Positions 51,093 to 64,000 of a stretch of 64,000 nt of DNA are shown here, one piece after another. The position numbers and the translations under genes were made by a program. The notes beneath the pieces were generated by a model, which did not search any database, was not told where the DNA came from, and saw nothing but the letters and a program-made list of their open reading frames with translations. The DNA comes from Octopus bimaculoides (Eukaryota). Position 1 is the stretch's first letter. Every line of letters starts with the position of its first letter. The DNA lies in the NCBI RefSeq assembly GCF_001194135.2, contig NC_068983.1:159820677-159884676 (forward strand), read 5' to 3'.

Positions 51093-53435
51093 AAGGCAAT
51101 ATAAATGAGATACAGCTGACCCTCATTTCAATATTTACTTATTGATTACTACACTTGTTTGCAGCATACTGGAGTGATTTCATCTAAATTATACTCGATT
51201 AGATATCATAAATTGTTATAGTTATAACAAAAAACATATCCACATTTAATATAAAATTGCAATAAAATAAATGCATGTATCCCTTAATAAATACTCTGGT
51301 AGATGTCTACAATGAATTGCGCTGCCTTAAATATTAATCCAGAATCAATAATACGAATCAAGTATTAACAATTATATAGGCAAATAGAACATGTAAATTA
51401 TCTCATAGTATTCAGATCCCTTGCCTCTCTAATACTTTATATTTAGGTATTTTATTTTGTTTTGATTAGACCAAAATATGCTTAATGCAAACATATGATG
51501 GCCTACTTACCAAACTTCAGTTATCCCAGACCCAGACAAACAGTTCTTATTTGGAACTATTATGCTAAAGTATTCTATGGATTTAAAAATTCCAATCAAG
51601 TAGTAGAAGAGAATGTTTAGGTCTTCACTTAAAAATAAATGTATGCTAAATATGTGACATCTACAGCAACTTCCTGCAAAACTTCATCCGTAACATAGCT
51701 AGAACTACTTTCCAAAGACTAGCCCGCCACTTCAGGATCAGAAGATATTTTAATCGTTAAACAGTTACTAATATTTTAAAAACTCGGAAGAAACAAACAT
51801 TCGCAAAGAGCTCTGCAGCTGCTCATACATAGGAACCCTAAGCCACATTCGTAAAACAGCCATCTGAAGAAGTAGCTTTTGCCTGTGGCTCGTAGACATT
51901 TCTCTCACCTGTCTCTCTGTATTTTCCATCCTTACCAAAATCGCTTCAGGTACATGGATTTGGTTGGCGTTATACCATCTTCACTCAGGCTTTTCCAGTC
52001 TACTTACCTCTCTTTCTGCTATCCTCCTTGTTGAGCCAACACCCAAGTTCTTCAACAATCACTTCAACGAGGTTTTCCTTTCCAGAACTACGTTCCTCTA
52101 GAATTCCTTCACTGATCATATCTTTCCTGCAATATTTTAAAACGGACATCAATGGAATCAGTCTCACCAGCAGAAATAGGTTTCTTCATTGTATCTTTTA
52201 TCAAAAGTACTATGTCACAAATGACTATAAATATGAACACACAAAAAAGCCCATTTAGATTTTAAAACTATATGTGATGAAAATAACTTCGCCACATTAC
52301 TCTGTGTGCTATAAAACAGAGAAATAATCTGTCTGAGCAGTAAAACTATTAAATTCAGCAAGGGATAATCGTTTCACAGTTAAGTAGGTGCTGAACTAAA
52401 TAACGGTTATTCTAACAGGGAGACGATCAGACCAATGAACTCATAAAAAGCAGCAGTTGCCATTTTTATTCTTGCAAGCATCTTAATGCAGCGCCTGATA
52501 CTGACATTAATTCTGTACTTGAACTTTGATAAGAACCAGTGATCAGCAGAAATCAATAATCGACAAGAAGAAATAAACTAAAGAAGATTAAAATGTCATT
52601 AGATGCCAGTGTACTTTGAAATGAAGTATTCAAAATACTACTTAAGTTTTAAGTCTAGTTACCAGTGTTGAACTGCGTGGAAGTCTTTTCAGAAAGCTCG
52701 GACAGGATAAATGAGCGTGTTGTGTGTCATTATTGAAAGGTAAATCGTTCTTAAGAGATCGTATTGATGATAATAACTGAACAAACTAACTTTACTTTCA
52801 ACACATTCCCTTCAGATTTTAACTGTTCAGATATAGCTGTCATTCTTGTTAAGCAGTTGCATTCAATTATAAATACTATACGGAAAGATTGATATTTAAT
52901 TACTATTTGTTTACTCAAGTCAGCGATCTCTATGATTCGTTCAATTAAAACAAAATTCTATTTTCCTGTCAAATTTCATTATGTAAGTAACATTATGTAA
53001 CTTAATAAATAACATTTATTTTTATAGCATTTACATTTTTAGAAAAATATATTCTAATTAGAAGTAACGCTTAAGCCTCAATATAAAAAAAGTGTGCGTA
53101 ATTTAATTGCTATTAAAAACATATTGTAATATTATTTGTGAATTTGAGGTGATTTCTTTGGCAAATTTTCTGGAAAAAAATTATTGCTTAATTACTTTGA
53201 CTTATAACATTCTTAGACAGAGATTATAGGGTATCTGAACTCAAAATATATTTCACTGGAAATCACGTGGCTTTCAAACATTCCTACAAACAATAAATAT
53301 AAAATATTATAGTACAGTAATGGTCCAATACTATGCAATTTACTTGAACAACTGATACAGTCGGATGAGGAATTTCCAAAACAATGAATTCTAACTTGAA
53401 TTAAACAAAGAAATGGAAACAGATTCTCTCTCTGG

Positions 53436-53531
53436 TGCAATGTAATTGCTTTGCAATGTAGTTGCTTTGCAATGTAGTTGCTTTGCAATGTAGTTGCTTT
53501 ACAATGTAGTTGCTTTGCAATGTAGTTGTTT
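53436..53531. repeat. 16-bp minisatellite (TGCAATGTAGTTGCTT) x6
   Basis: Six near-identical tandem units; it explains the repeated KQLHC peptide in ORF 53213-53677. Confidence 0.95.
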
Positions 53532-54762
53532 AACCTTCGTATGTTATAAAAATCCCTGTTATATGCTTCTAAGCAAATTCGGATGCGATTACAATTATGA
53601 TATGAAAACATCACACATGTCTCCCTACTGAGTTTCTTCACTAAAACACTAAAATACATCTCTGGTATTACTAACATAGTGAATGTTTCTCTACATTTAT
53701 GGAAGTTTTCGGCAACTTTACCATTCGTATGTAGTAAGTCGCTTCTAGCTCTAATTACTGTAATCCATCGAATTTTATTCCATAAACGAACATCAATCCT
53801 AAATTTAATTTTCTTAGTCAGGAATTTAACATCAGCTAAAAACTGCCATAGTAATTCTCCTTGTCAATCACAGGCAAAGGCAATAGTTATATTTTGATGG
53901 GTGGGGCTTGTTGAAAAAATAAGTTACATAAAAGCAATTTCATAATAATGAATACATATAGTAGGAACCTTTTTTTCCTCTTTCATGATATTTATGCAAA
54001 ATGATGTAATAACAATTACTTGCAGGTGCACTTACTAGATTTCCCATGTGTTTTAATGCAGTATGAGATGTCAGTGTGACTGAATAGATGCCAAGGAGTG
54101 GTGCTCCAGCAATCATCCAAAACATCTTACTAGCAAGAACAACTTTAATGGAACTCAAGTCCTATTACTGACAATCAAGCCAACTGTAGATATTGCGTCA
54201 AAGAAATTCTTTTTAACATCTGTCAGGTTTTATCTTGACTTTTAGTCTTTTCTTGAGAATCATGCGTTTCTGTATGCCAGCATCTTTCTACTGTCTCTAC
54301 TTTAATCCATCTAATGCGTTATAATTCATAAATACAGACAGGTATTCTAGTAATATTTCAATCATACTTCCAAAATGCTACGGACTACTCTGAATTACTC
54401 TGATGCATTACTTCAATAGAAAACAATTATGCAGATATCACAATAAAGGAAGGCATTGTTAATCAACCATCCCTTTGCAAGTAATATTTTTAAAGTCACA
54501 TGTCTCGACCAACCCTTCATTTAATATTCCATTTAATATATGACGTCCTCGGAGGTTTATGAATTAGAGTAACATCCAAATTGTATTATCATAAACTGGT
54601 ACAGTCTTAATTTATTAACTCTGTGCTCACAAATGAAACACCCTTATATTAAAATAAACATTGAATATCATACGGAACGTATATAAAACCTTGACAAGCA
54701 TGACCTGCGGCGTTTGTCTGAGAGAAGGTCTCTTCACAGATATTTGTTTATGCAAGTATGTT

Positions 54763-54815
<53 letters not shown>

Positions 54816-54829
54816 TGACATGTACTAGT

Positions 54830-55405
54830 GTATGCAGGCGTGTATGTATGCAGGTATGGATGTATATGTGCAGATTTGCATGCTTTGTTTTATGCATGTA
54901 TTCTCATGCATATAGTTGCATATTCAGACATGCTCATATATATTTAAATGCTAAGCGTTTGGAAAGTTTTACAGATTTTTTTTTTTACAGTTCCAGTCAT
55001 GGAATGGATCTCTAGTCTTCGAATTCGCTTTCTCCTTTCTGGTTTTGAGTAGCCTAATTTCTCAAGATTGGTATTTAGGCAGTGTGTTACATATCGCAAG
55101 GCCCCAATAATTACAGGCATAAACCTGAACTTGTAATCTGGATAGAGTAACTGCAGATTTCTCAATAGCTCAGAGTAGGTATTCTCTTTTTCACTGATCT
55201 TCAGCTTTATGTTAACATCCGCTGGGCAGCTGATTTCTACAACTGTGTACAGTTTCTTTTCTCTATCCCAAATCATTATATCAAGTCTGTTGTACTTACA
55301 TTTTATTGAGGTCTTCACTGGGACACTCCACCACTACTTCTTTTTATTATGAATGGCTAGGCTTCTACCATACTGTGGATTATTATTTCTTTGTCCTCGA
55401 GGTCA
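54830..55405 (-). mobile_element. RLE-type non-LTR retrotransposon 3' fragment
   Basis: Minus ORF 54944-55318 NRLDIMIWD..VVEISCPAD..KENTYSELL..PVIIGAL is the PD..(D/E).K restriction-like endonuclease of R2/R4/NeSL-type elements. It looks like a different family from 42963-47487. Confidence 0.85.
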
Positions 55406-55448
55406 TGTATGTATGTATGTATGTATGTATGTATGTATGTATGTATAT

Positions 55449-57875
55449 GACGCACAAAGAGCGAGATCAAATCTCTACTTGATTTTATGAAAATGCTATT
55501 CATGGAGTAGATCATACTCTCTCCAACCAGGTACAAAAATATCCCGGACCTCTGTTTTACAGAGAATATGAAAATTATGCACAACATAAATGTATCACCG
55601 ACAGTATTCTCAGGCCATAACATGATAGAACTTACAATATATAGCCCGGATATAACTAAAAATAAACTCCGCACAGATGGCGCTCAAACCCTATCCAGCC
55701 GAAATTTCTATAAGGCTGACTGGAAGTCATTTGAAAAAAGATACTCCAGCAGGACTGGCCTAGAAGCCTCTCTATGCAAGACATAGATATGAAACTCAAT
55801 AAATTCATGTCAATAATGCGAGCAATATGCATTAAATATGCCCCAGAGAAGGGAGCCAATGCACTCAAAAACATTATTCCCCGAGACAGGGGAATACTCA
55901 TGTGACGGAGAATAAAGGTTCGAAGCGTTTAAACAAACACCTTAATGACAGTGTGAAATCCCACCTGACAGAAGAACTCTTCAAGAGAGAAAATAAACTC
56001 AAAATCTCCCATGAAAACGAAAGAGAAGAAAGAGAAACTTGGGCAGTCGAGAATATAAAAAGAAATACTAAATCCTTCTACACATTGGCAAATGAGTCTG
56101 CCTCGGTAATAAGATAGGGCCACTATATGGTAAAAATGGCTCACTAACTGCAGGCCCAGGGAACATAAGTGAAGCACTAAATAAACAATTCCGAAGTGTT
56201 TTCCCTTCTCCACTGGAAAATATGCAAATAAAGAAGCCGAAGGAGTTTTCAATGTAATGAATCTATTCGGATAGAGTCAAACATCGATAAACATCAATAT
56301 AACAGAAGAGGATGATATATCGGCCATTGATGGGATGAGATCAAACTCAGCAAGAGGCCCAGATGGACTTCCAGCTGTTCTCTTAAAGACATGTAAAAAG
56401 GCTCTTGCAAAACCACTGTAGATACTCTTTCAGAGTTTCCTTGCATGTGGTAAATTTCCAGTATGCTTAAAGAAGGTGTAATATGCCCTGTCCATAAAGG
56501 AAGGAGGGAGCAAAGAAGATGCTAAAAACTACAAGCTTATCTCACTGATCTCACATGTTAGCAAGACAATGGAACGCACTGTTAGAAAAAGGCTGATCAC
56601 CTTCCTAGAAGAAAACAACTTTCTCACAAACACGCAACATGGCTTCCGTCCAGGGAGGAGCTGCCTCACACAGTTGCTCCAGTACTTTGACTGGGTACTG
56701 GAGCAACAGCTAAACCAGTCAGCTAAGGCATTCGACAAGCTTGACTATAGCATGATATGTCACAAGCTGCGAAACCTTGGTAGTACCGGGAAACTAGGAG
56801 AGTGGCTGCATGATTTTCTGAAGGGCAGTAGCCAGACAATTGCAGCCTTGGTGCTCACCTTATTTGTGGTGGCCCTCTCAGAATGCCTTCCGCGGTACAG
56901 TCAGCCAATCTGACCAGTTATGCTGACGACACATAAGTATCGCAGGCAGATAGGAACCCAGAGGACATCATAAAACTGCAGAAAGACCTGAACGAAATCT
57001 ATAAATGGGCTAACAGAAATAACATGCAGTTCAATGCTATGAAATTTCAGGCACTCCACTATCAGTCCAACACCAGGCTAAAATCGGAATTCACAGGACC
57101 AGAAGGTAATACGATCCCAGAGTCAGAGTCGTTGTGTGATCTGAGGGTTCACATGAGCAATGATGCAACATTCCTTGTGCATATTACCAAGATGGCAACA
57201 CTGTGCAGGAGAGTATCTGGATGGATTCTAAGGACATTCAGAACCAGGAAAAGGGAGGCCCTGCTACTCCTATGGAGGACTTTCGTTCTCAGCCACTTGG
57301 ACTACTTCTCCCAACTATGGTCTCCAGAGAGAGTGAAACAAACTGTGGAACTCGAAACAATCCCGCGCCAATACACAAAGAAGATTGACTCGATGCAAAA
57401 AATGGGCTACTGGGAGAGGCTAAAGGAGCTGAGTCTCTATTCCCTGGAAAGAAGATAGGAGAGATATGCGGTGATATATATTTGGAAAATCTTGGAGGGT
57501 TTAGCTCCCAATTGTGGAATTGACAGCTATAGCACTGCATCATACCAAAGACCCCGTCTTCCCCATCTAAAATAAGGACACTATACTGAAATAGTCTGCG
57601 TTTCAAGAGCCCGCAATTGCTCAACATCCTTCCAGGCCACCTTAGAGATTTACATGGTGTTGATGTGAGAATTTTCAAGGACCGTCTGGACAGGTTTCTG
57701 TCGGAGATACCAGGTGAACCCACATCATGGCAGGAGATGCAAAGAAGAGCAGCTCCGTCCAACTCGCTACTTCACCAAAAACAATATTGGAAACAACACC
57801 AAGTAACTACAGGTGGTGCACCAGCATGACCTAAGCCTTGGGCTGAAATCCGTAAAAGATAATAAAACAAGGTTA
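55449..57875 (+). mobile_element. CR1-type LINE, 5'-truncated and internally deleted
   Basis: APE end (PDLCFT..FSGHNMI), NFYKADW, GPDGLP, PVHKG, QHGFRPGRSCLTQLL, AKAFDK, YADD, MQFNAMKF, YWERLKELSLYSLERR. The region around the QGS motif is largely deleted; many stops. Confidence 0.88.
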
Positions 57876-58096
57876 TTTTATTCCATATGGGTAGACATAT
57901 AATAAGAATAGAAGTTGAAAATGCACTGAGAATAGTAAAACAAACATTATTATATTTAAAGATTTAACCGGTTTCACAGTTTACACTGATTTTCAAAAGT
58001 TGAAATAGAAAGACAAGGGTTATGCTGCAACTGTCTTGCTTCTGAATAGTGTTTGAATCGTGTCCTATTTCTATAGGGAGTACATGGCTCAGTAAA

Positions 58097-58427
58097 GGTG
58101 TATGGCTCAGTGGTTAGAGCGCCGAACTTACGATCGTGAGGTTGTGAGTTCGATTCCCGGACCGGGCTGTGTGTTGTGTTCTTGAGCAAGACACTTTATT
58201 TCACGTTGCTCCAGTTAACTCAGCCGTAGAAATGAGTTGCGACATCACTGGTGCCAAGCTGTATCGGCCCTTGCGTTTCCCTTGGATAACATTGGTGGCG
58301 TAGAGAGGAGAGACTGGTATGCATAAGCGACTGCTTGTCTTCCATAAACAACCTTCCCCGGACTTGTGCCTCGGAGAGGAACTTTCTAGGTGCAATCCCA
58401 TGGTCATTCGCGACCGAAGGGGGTCTC
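58097..58427 (+). mobile_element. tRNA-derived SINE with CORE-like block (complete)
   Basis: A box tggctcagtggttag, B box gagttcgattccc, then tgtgttcttgagcaagacactttatttcacgttgctcc. Same family head as 5845-6120. Confidence 0.85.
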
Positions 58428-58759
58428 CAACATGGCTCAAATTAGTATATGTTTTGGATAGGATTTGATTGGTAGGGAATAGTCACATGACTGGTCTTAG
58501 AAATTTTCGTTGGTTCCCCTCTACATCTGTGTGTTAATGTCACTAGACATATTCACTCAACCGTATCAGCCTTAACTTACGATGCCAAACATTGTCACTT
58601 GACATTAACCATGGACGTAGAGGGAAATCGATAAAAATTTCTAAAACCAGTTTTGTGACTATTTTCTATCAGTCAAATTCTATCAATGTACTCCGTATAA
58701 AAATAGGATAAACTTCAAACACTAGTCAGGAGCGAGACTGTTGCGGCATAACCCACAGT

Positions 58760-59480
58760 TGAAATGATATATCACGAGTCTCAGAATGGTTTCAGAGGAG
58801 AATGATCGACAGTTACTTTAGTCACATGTTCATATTTGCAAATGTAAAAATTAAGACAACCACTTTCTGCCATTTTCATCGAGCTCACTAAATGCTTTGA
58901 CCTTGTGATTAACGAACGACAGCTTGATCAAAATTCTCGTCAGGATTGATTATATACAGCAAAGCACTTCCAGAGTACGTCAGTCATTTTATAAATCCAT
59001 GATAAATGTTATGTTTCGCATTTCTTATTTGGAGGTTTTTATTATTTGCAACGATGTGATGTATATTTGCTTGCACTCTTTCGTAAACCCTTTGCAATCA
59101 TATTGAAGTTGATAGTGTCTACTTACACACCAGATAGGAGGCTAGGCTATATAGTCTGTTTCGACAGATGGTGAAAAACAATGTATTAAAGGCATATTAT
59201 TTGCAGACGACAGGGCACTGGAAACACAATAAGCAAAAATACATCACCTTGTAGACACCTTCTCAAGAATCTGCAGGATATCAACTTGACTACAAAATAA
59301 GGTATTGTGAATCCCAAATGAGAATACTATCCACTATTGGGAACTTTATGAATTCCACGAATTCAATTACATTTGTTATACCAATACAGACATTCCATCC
59401 ATAAAGTTTGACATCAACAAACATATCAGAAGAGCAGTTTCAACACGCCCCAAGGCTGACAAAGAGTGGCGTTTTAAGGC
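58760..59480 (+). mobile_element. RTE-clade LINE RT fragment, highly degenerate
   Basis: HESQNGFR..ST, AIFIELTKCFDLV and GILFADD..L..LVDTFS correspond to the RTE motifs PESQCGFR..ST, FIDLTKAFDLV and LLFADD. Confidence 0.6.
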
Positions 59481-60318
59481 TTTCAATCTTTTGCATATAA
59501 ACACGTTCAGTGGAAATCAAGTGACTTGACTGAATCTCTAAAATGTTAATCTAACGTAACAACAAGTTTGTAGGGATTCGAATCCTAATAGCAAGATATT
59601 CAGTTATTGATCACGAGTAAACGGCCACAGTTTCACGTTATTCATCTATATATTGGCCAATCAGCGTGAAGCTGTGATGTGACATGGCTCTTCGGTTGAT
59701 CTAAAATTCGCCTCCTTTTCGCTCTACCAAAACTGTATGGCGCTCAACTCAGACAGAAACCCTAGGGTACTCATAGAAGGCAAACCAGTAAGACCAGACC
59801 ACTTCGAGGACTAGGACAAACCACCTCAAGCAAGAACCAACTTCGGACACTCACAAATGACGTGTCTTCTACAGGACATGACAAGTTATCTCCTCCCAAC
59901 CAGTGGTTATAATATCAGTATCTTTCTGTTGTAAACAGCCAACACAGTGGATCATGTCCAGCAGCAAATATGTTTAAACTTCGTGACTTGCTTCATTTAT
60001 TATCCATGCAGCCAGATAGAGCATACGACGGTACTCTTCAGTAACACAACACACGCCAGCAATCAACTACCACGACGTTGGTGAACGTGCAACTCCGCAA
60101 CAAGGCTATATTTCTTACGATAATTTTCATCTTGTTTTCTTAACTTGAAAATTAAGCCAGGTAATAAGAAGACACATATATATATAAACCTTCTTATATA
60201 TAAGATTGCTATATAGAGGAATGCATTGTACATAATGCATTTCGTTTAATGTTGTGAATATGTATCAACTCAGTTTAGTCATTTTCAAGTTAGTTGACAT
60301 TGATATTATTTTGTTTTC

Positions 60319-60530
60319 AGGTGGCGAGCTGGCAGAATCCTTAGCACATCGGGCAAAATGCTTAGCGGCATTTCGCCCGTCTTCACGTTCTGAGTTAAAA
60401 TTCCACCAAGATCGAATTTTGTTTCATCAAAGGATGAGGTTCATATAATAGGTAGCAGTTGAGTACAAGGGTGAATATAATCGCCTTAGCTTTTCCTCCG
60501 AACTTGCTGGCTTTATGCCAAAATTTGGAA
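60319..60530 (+). mobile_element. SINE family B
   Basis: aggtggcgagctggcagaatccttagcac..aaatgcttagcggcatttcg..acgttctgagttaaaattcc. Confidence 0.75.
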
Positions 60531-62635
60531 CTGGTTTGTGTCCATAAACTGGCAAATCTTCCTTCCGCTGCAGTATTATTATAAAATCTTATAGAATAAT
60601 CGGTTGTTTTATATGTTTAATTCAGCCTTTTTCTAAAGTAGTTTTAGAGGTCAAAAATATTTGAGAGAAACGTGGGGAGAGATTATATAATTTGTGCAAC
60701 TAAATGTATGCAATTTCCACCAGCTTGGAGCTCAGTTATTTCTTTGCAGCAAGGATTATGTATTGCGAATTTTTGTCAATATATGTAAAATAAAAATTTC
60801 GTAATTTATAATTTACGACAGAGAATATGATTCAATTAATCATGAATAATAATATATATTTAGGCTTACGCTAAAATTAATTTCGTGTTATTACCACAAA
60901 ATGGACGACACATGTAAAACGAATAGTGGTTTACGATAACGGTCTAGCTAGATAGTGTTCGGCTTCGGTACAGTATTATAGACCATGCTTAGATATGTAT
61001 TCTTAAATAGAATTACATTATTGTGTTCGTTATACTTTCATGTATAAACAACAAATATTGATTACACAAAAGCAACAATACAGATATGTAGATTGATTTA
61101 AGAACATTCGAAAGGGTCTATATCTTTCTATATATACTGATATTGTAGATAGATAAGGATAGAGAAAAAAGAGAGAGAGAAAGAGTGAGTGAGCGAGGGA
61201 GAGAGAGTACAGGACGGTGTATTTGGTATAAAATATGTTATATCACGAACGTTATCTTTGAATTGAAATAAGCATATGTCTTTTATAGATGCGAAGTTAA
61301 AGAAACATCAAAGGGTGACGATAAGGCGTGTACATAAAATTCTACTCCACAACTATTTATATTCCATTGGGAGAAAATAATAGTCATAAATATAGGGTTC
61401 TTGTACAAAATTATTTCTTCAACAAATATATTTGAAAATTAACAAATGGTTGTATATTGCCAGAAAGACAATATTTTCCCCTTATAGGAGAGCAAATTAT
61501 TACTGTAGAAATAAATGTAATATATAATGTGTTCTTAAAAGACGTGCGCTGAAGAAACAAGCTGCAATTTCGCGATTTCTATTATTTGATCATTATTCAG
61601 TCCTGCTGCACTAATTAACATTACGTAATACCTGAAAAGTATTGTGCGTCACAATCTCTTGTTTGCATACATTAAAATCATACACTTTGTATTTATATAT
61701 AATCAATGCTGATTTTGTCCCCTATTTATTAAATCTATTGTCATATCGTTATTGACCAAATTATTGACTACTTCTACACGAGTTAATTAAAATTACTTTA
61801 AAATTACATTATTTTCTAGTGGTTTACTATTTGCCGTCGAAATCATATTCTCAATTTAGTGAGTAAAATAACTTTTAGCTTCAAGTTTTGTTCTATTCAT
61901 TGAAATATTTGATGGTAAGACTTCCCACAACTTAGAAAGAGTTGAGTAGGCAACATTCTATAGTAATAACTGTTCGATTAAAATGTGAAATTCAACAATA
62001 GATAGCAAATTGCGTCCTACAACTAAACACTTATCTTTTTCTTAATTCTGCATTACTGGAAATTAAGATGCAGACACTGAGTTAATTGATCATCCTATCC
62101 AAAACAAAGTTGTTTCCCATTGGTTAAATAATTCAATGAAAACTACAACTACTTAAGTATGATAAGCTACTCACTGAGTTCAGTAAAACGTGAAGTATAT
62201 TAATACAGCATTATAAGAAGGGTAACCTCCCTCATCGCCGAAGAATGAAAATTCATGACAAAATCAATAGGTATTTCATCTCCTCACTGCAGAAAAACAT
62301 TACTGAATCTTTGGTTTATACTAGACTAGCATTTAAAGACACAGATTACTACTACTCCCCTGCTTAGAGTTTTCATTCCAGTAAACTGTAGATTTTATTG
62401 AATTTCTCGTAATGAAAGTGGTATTTTTCATAATTTTGCGTATGTTAGTCAGAAAGAAGAGGCTATATTTATGTTCTTTTTACTTTCTGATAATATAGAT
62501 GCAATATATGATTACTTTGAACATATGTAAGTCGACTTTGTCCATGAAGAAAACATGGATGGGGTAAGTCTTTGGGCGTAGCATGTAGTGTGGGAGTGTG
62601 GGACCAGATTGTTCAACAACAAAAATATCGCTGTA

Positions 62636-62750
62636 TTCGACTTTGCCTTTCATCCTTTTCGAGGTCAATAAAATAAGTATCAGTTGAGCACTGAGAATGA
62701 TGTAATCGATTAACCTCTCCCCTAAAAGTCTGAAGCCTCGTGCCGTACGT
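62636..62750 (+). mobile_element. SINE family B, 3' half
   Basis: tcgactttgccttttcatcc..gaggtcaataaaataagtatcagttgagcactg..gatgtaatcgatt. Confidence 0.65.
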
Positions 62751-63141
62751 AAAGTAGAACAAATATGTTAATAGCTACATTTTTTTGACCTTCACTGTTA
62801 AAAACGAAATACGATTTATATCATATTTCTGCTAGTTTCTAAAATTCATTTGATATCAGCAACAGAAAATTCCCAATGGTAAGAATAAAGCTTCTAAAAT
62901 GGTGGGAGAAAATTCGAAGTGTTGCTTTGGCATAATGACACCACGTCTGTCACTTATATGGAAGATGTGAGTTCAGGTCTCACGGGTAGCCTTCGAGTTT
63001 TTCAATTGAAGTATTTTGATTCAATATTCCATACGCCATTGTTTGTAGTTTTATCATCTTGGAGTTCAACCATTAAAAACTGGTTTCTTTCATATCTTTC
63101 GAAGTCTTTCAAATCCTTGATCTATATACATACATATGCAA

Positions 63142-63172
<31 letters not shown>

Positions 63173-64000
63173 CACACACATGTTATGTGTATATATATAT
63201 NNNNNNNNNNNNNNNNNNNNNNNNNNNNNNNNNNNNNNNNNNNNNNNNNNNNNNNNNNNNNNNNNNNNNNNNNNNNNNNNNNNNNNNNNNNNNNNNNNNN
63301 NNNNNNNNNNNNNNNNNNNNNNNNNNNNNNNNNNNNNNNNNNNNNNNNNNNNNNNNNNNNNNNNNNNNNNNNNNNNNNNNNNNNNNNNNNNNNNNNNNNN
63401 NNNNNNNNNNNNNNNNNNNNNNNNNNNNNNNNNNNNNNNNNNNNNNNNNNNNNNNNNNNNNNNNNNNNNNNNNNNNNNNNNNNNNNNNNNNNNNNNNNNN
63501 NNNNNNNNNNNNNNNNNNNNNNNNNNNNNNNNNNNNNNNNNNNNNNNNNNNNNNNNNNNNNNNNNNNNNNNNNNNNNNNNNNNNNNNNNNNNNNNNNNNN
63601 NNNNNNNNNNNNNNNNNNNNNNNNNNNNNNNNNNNNNNNNNNNNNNNNNNNNNNNNNNNNNNNNNNNNNNNNNNNNNNNNNNNNNNNNNNNNNNNNNNNN
63701 NNNNNNNNNNNNNNNNNNNNNNNNNNNNNNNNNNNNNNNNNNNNNNNNNNNNNNNNNNNNNNNNNNNNNNNNNNNNNNNNNNNNNNNNNNNNNNNNNNNN
63801 NNNNNNNNNNNNNNNNNNNNNNNNNNNNNNNNNNNNNNTTTTTCTACGTATTTAGCCAAAATACATTTCTAGAAAAAGTGAAAGATTACGGGGTGGAGTG
63901 AAATAGGTGTAGGGGGCTTAAAACTTTGAAATGCCGATTTTTTTTGAAGATTTGGTATCGCCACAGTCGAAACGGTGGGTTTCTCTAGAAAAAAAAGCCT

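Noticed and set aside
51780-52200. Purine-rich minus-strand stretch as a host exon
   Set aside because: Stops in all frames examined and no recognisable motif.
28187-53531. CRISPR-like arrays (13-bp at 28187 and 16-bp at 53436)
   Set aside because: Head-to-tail units without unique spacers, in a eukaryotic context with no cas genes.
54700-54740. Minus-strand ctgtgaagag-acctt-ctct-cagacaaac as a hammerhead
   Set aside because: The core lacks CUGANGA and GAAA; only a small hairpin is present.
5021-63901. Long ORFs of 230-330 aa in the track (e.g. 5021-5988, 7177-8226, 15786-16678, 62919-63901)
   Set aside because: They are open only because they run through N-gaps and flanking dinucleotide repeats.

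Overview
AT-rich, microsatellite-dense eukaryotic genomic DNA from a draft assembly with 14 N-gaps (4012-4073, 5116-5804, 7421-8160, 9035-9300, 15811-16602, 21060-21301, 38589-38685, 39140-39411, 41126-41135, 42977-42986, 45825-46119, 47594-47721, 51002-51025, 63201-63838). I find no intact protein-coding gene, no convincing host exon, no functional RNA gene and no CRISPR array. Nearly all listed ORFs are microsatellite translations, N-spanning artefacts or pieces of decayed transposons. The window reads as a large intron or intergenic transposon graveyard. Its repeat repertoire (several tRNA-headed SINE families, some with a CORE-like block, plus extreme microsatellite load) resembles an octopus/coleoid cephalopod genome; this is inference, not a database match. 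DNA transposons: piggyBac/PGBD4-like (11.4-13.0 kb), Tc1-like with DD36E spacing (16.6-17.9 kb), two mariners (22.8-23.7 kb; 32.1-32.9 kb), a Tc1 tail, a MITE and two adjacent long-arm foldbacks (20.7-22.2 kb). Retroelements: Penelope 3' end (30.6-31.3 kb), Tx1-like LINE (39.5-42.8 kb), near full-length R4/Dong-like LINE (43.0-47.5 kb), a second RLE-type fragment, a CR1-type LINE (55.4-57.9 kb) and an RTE fragment. No new biological system is firmly supported. The best leads are a hammerhead-ribozyme-like motif with a U3-A8 core variant in the Penelope terminal repeat, a (TTA)n-centred cluster of non-LTR elements and SINE heads, the twin foldbacks and the DD36E element.
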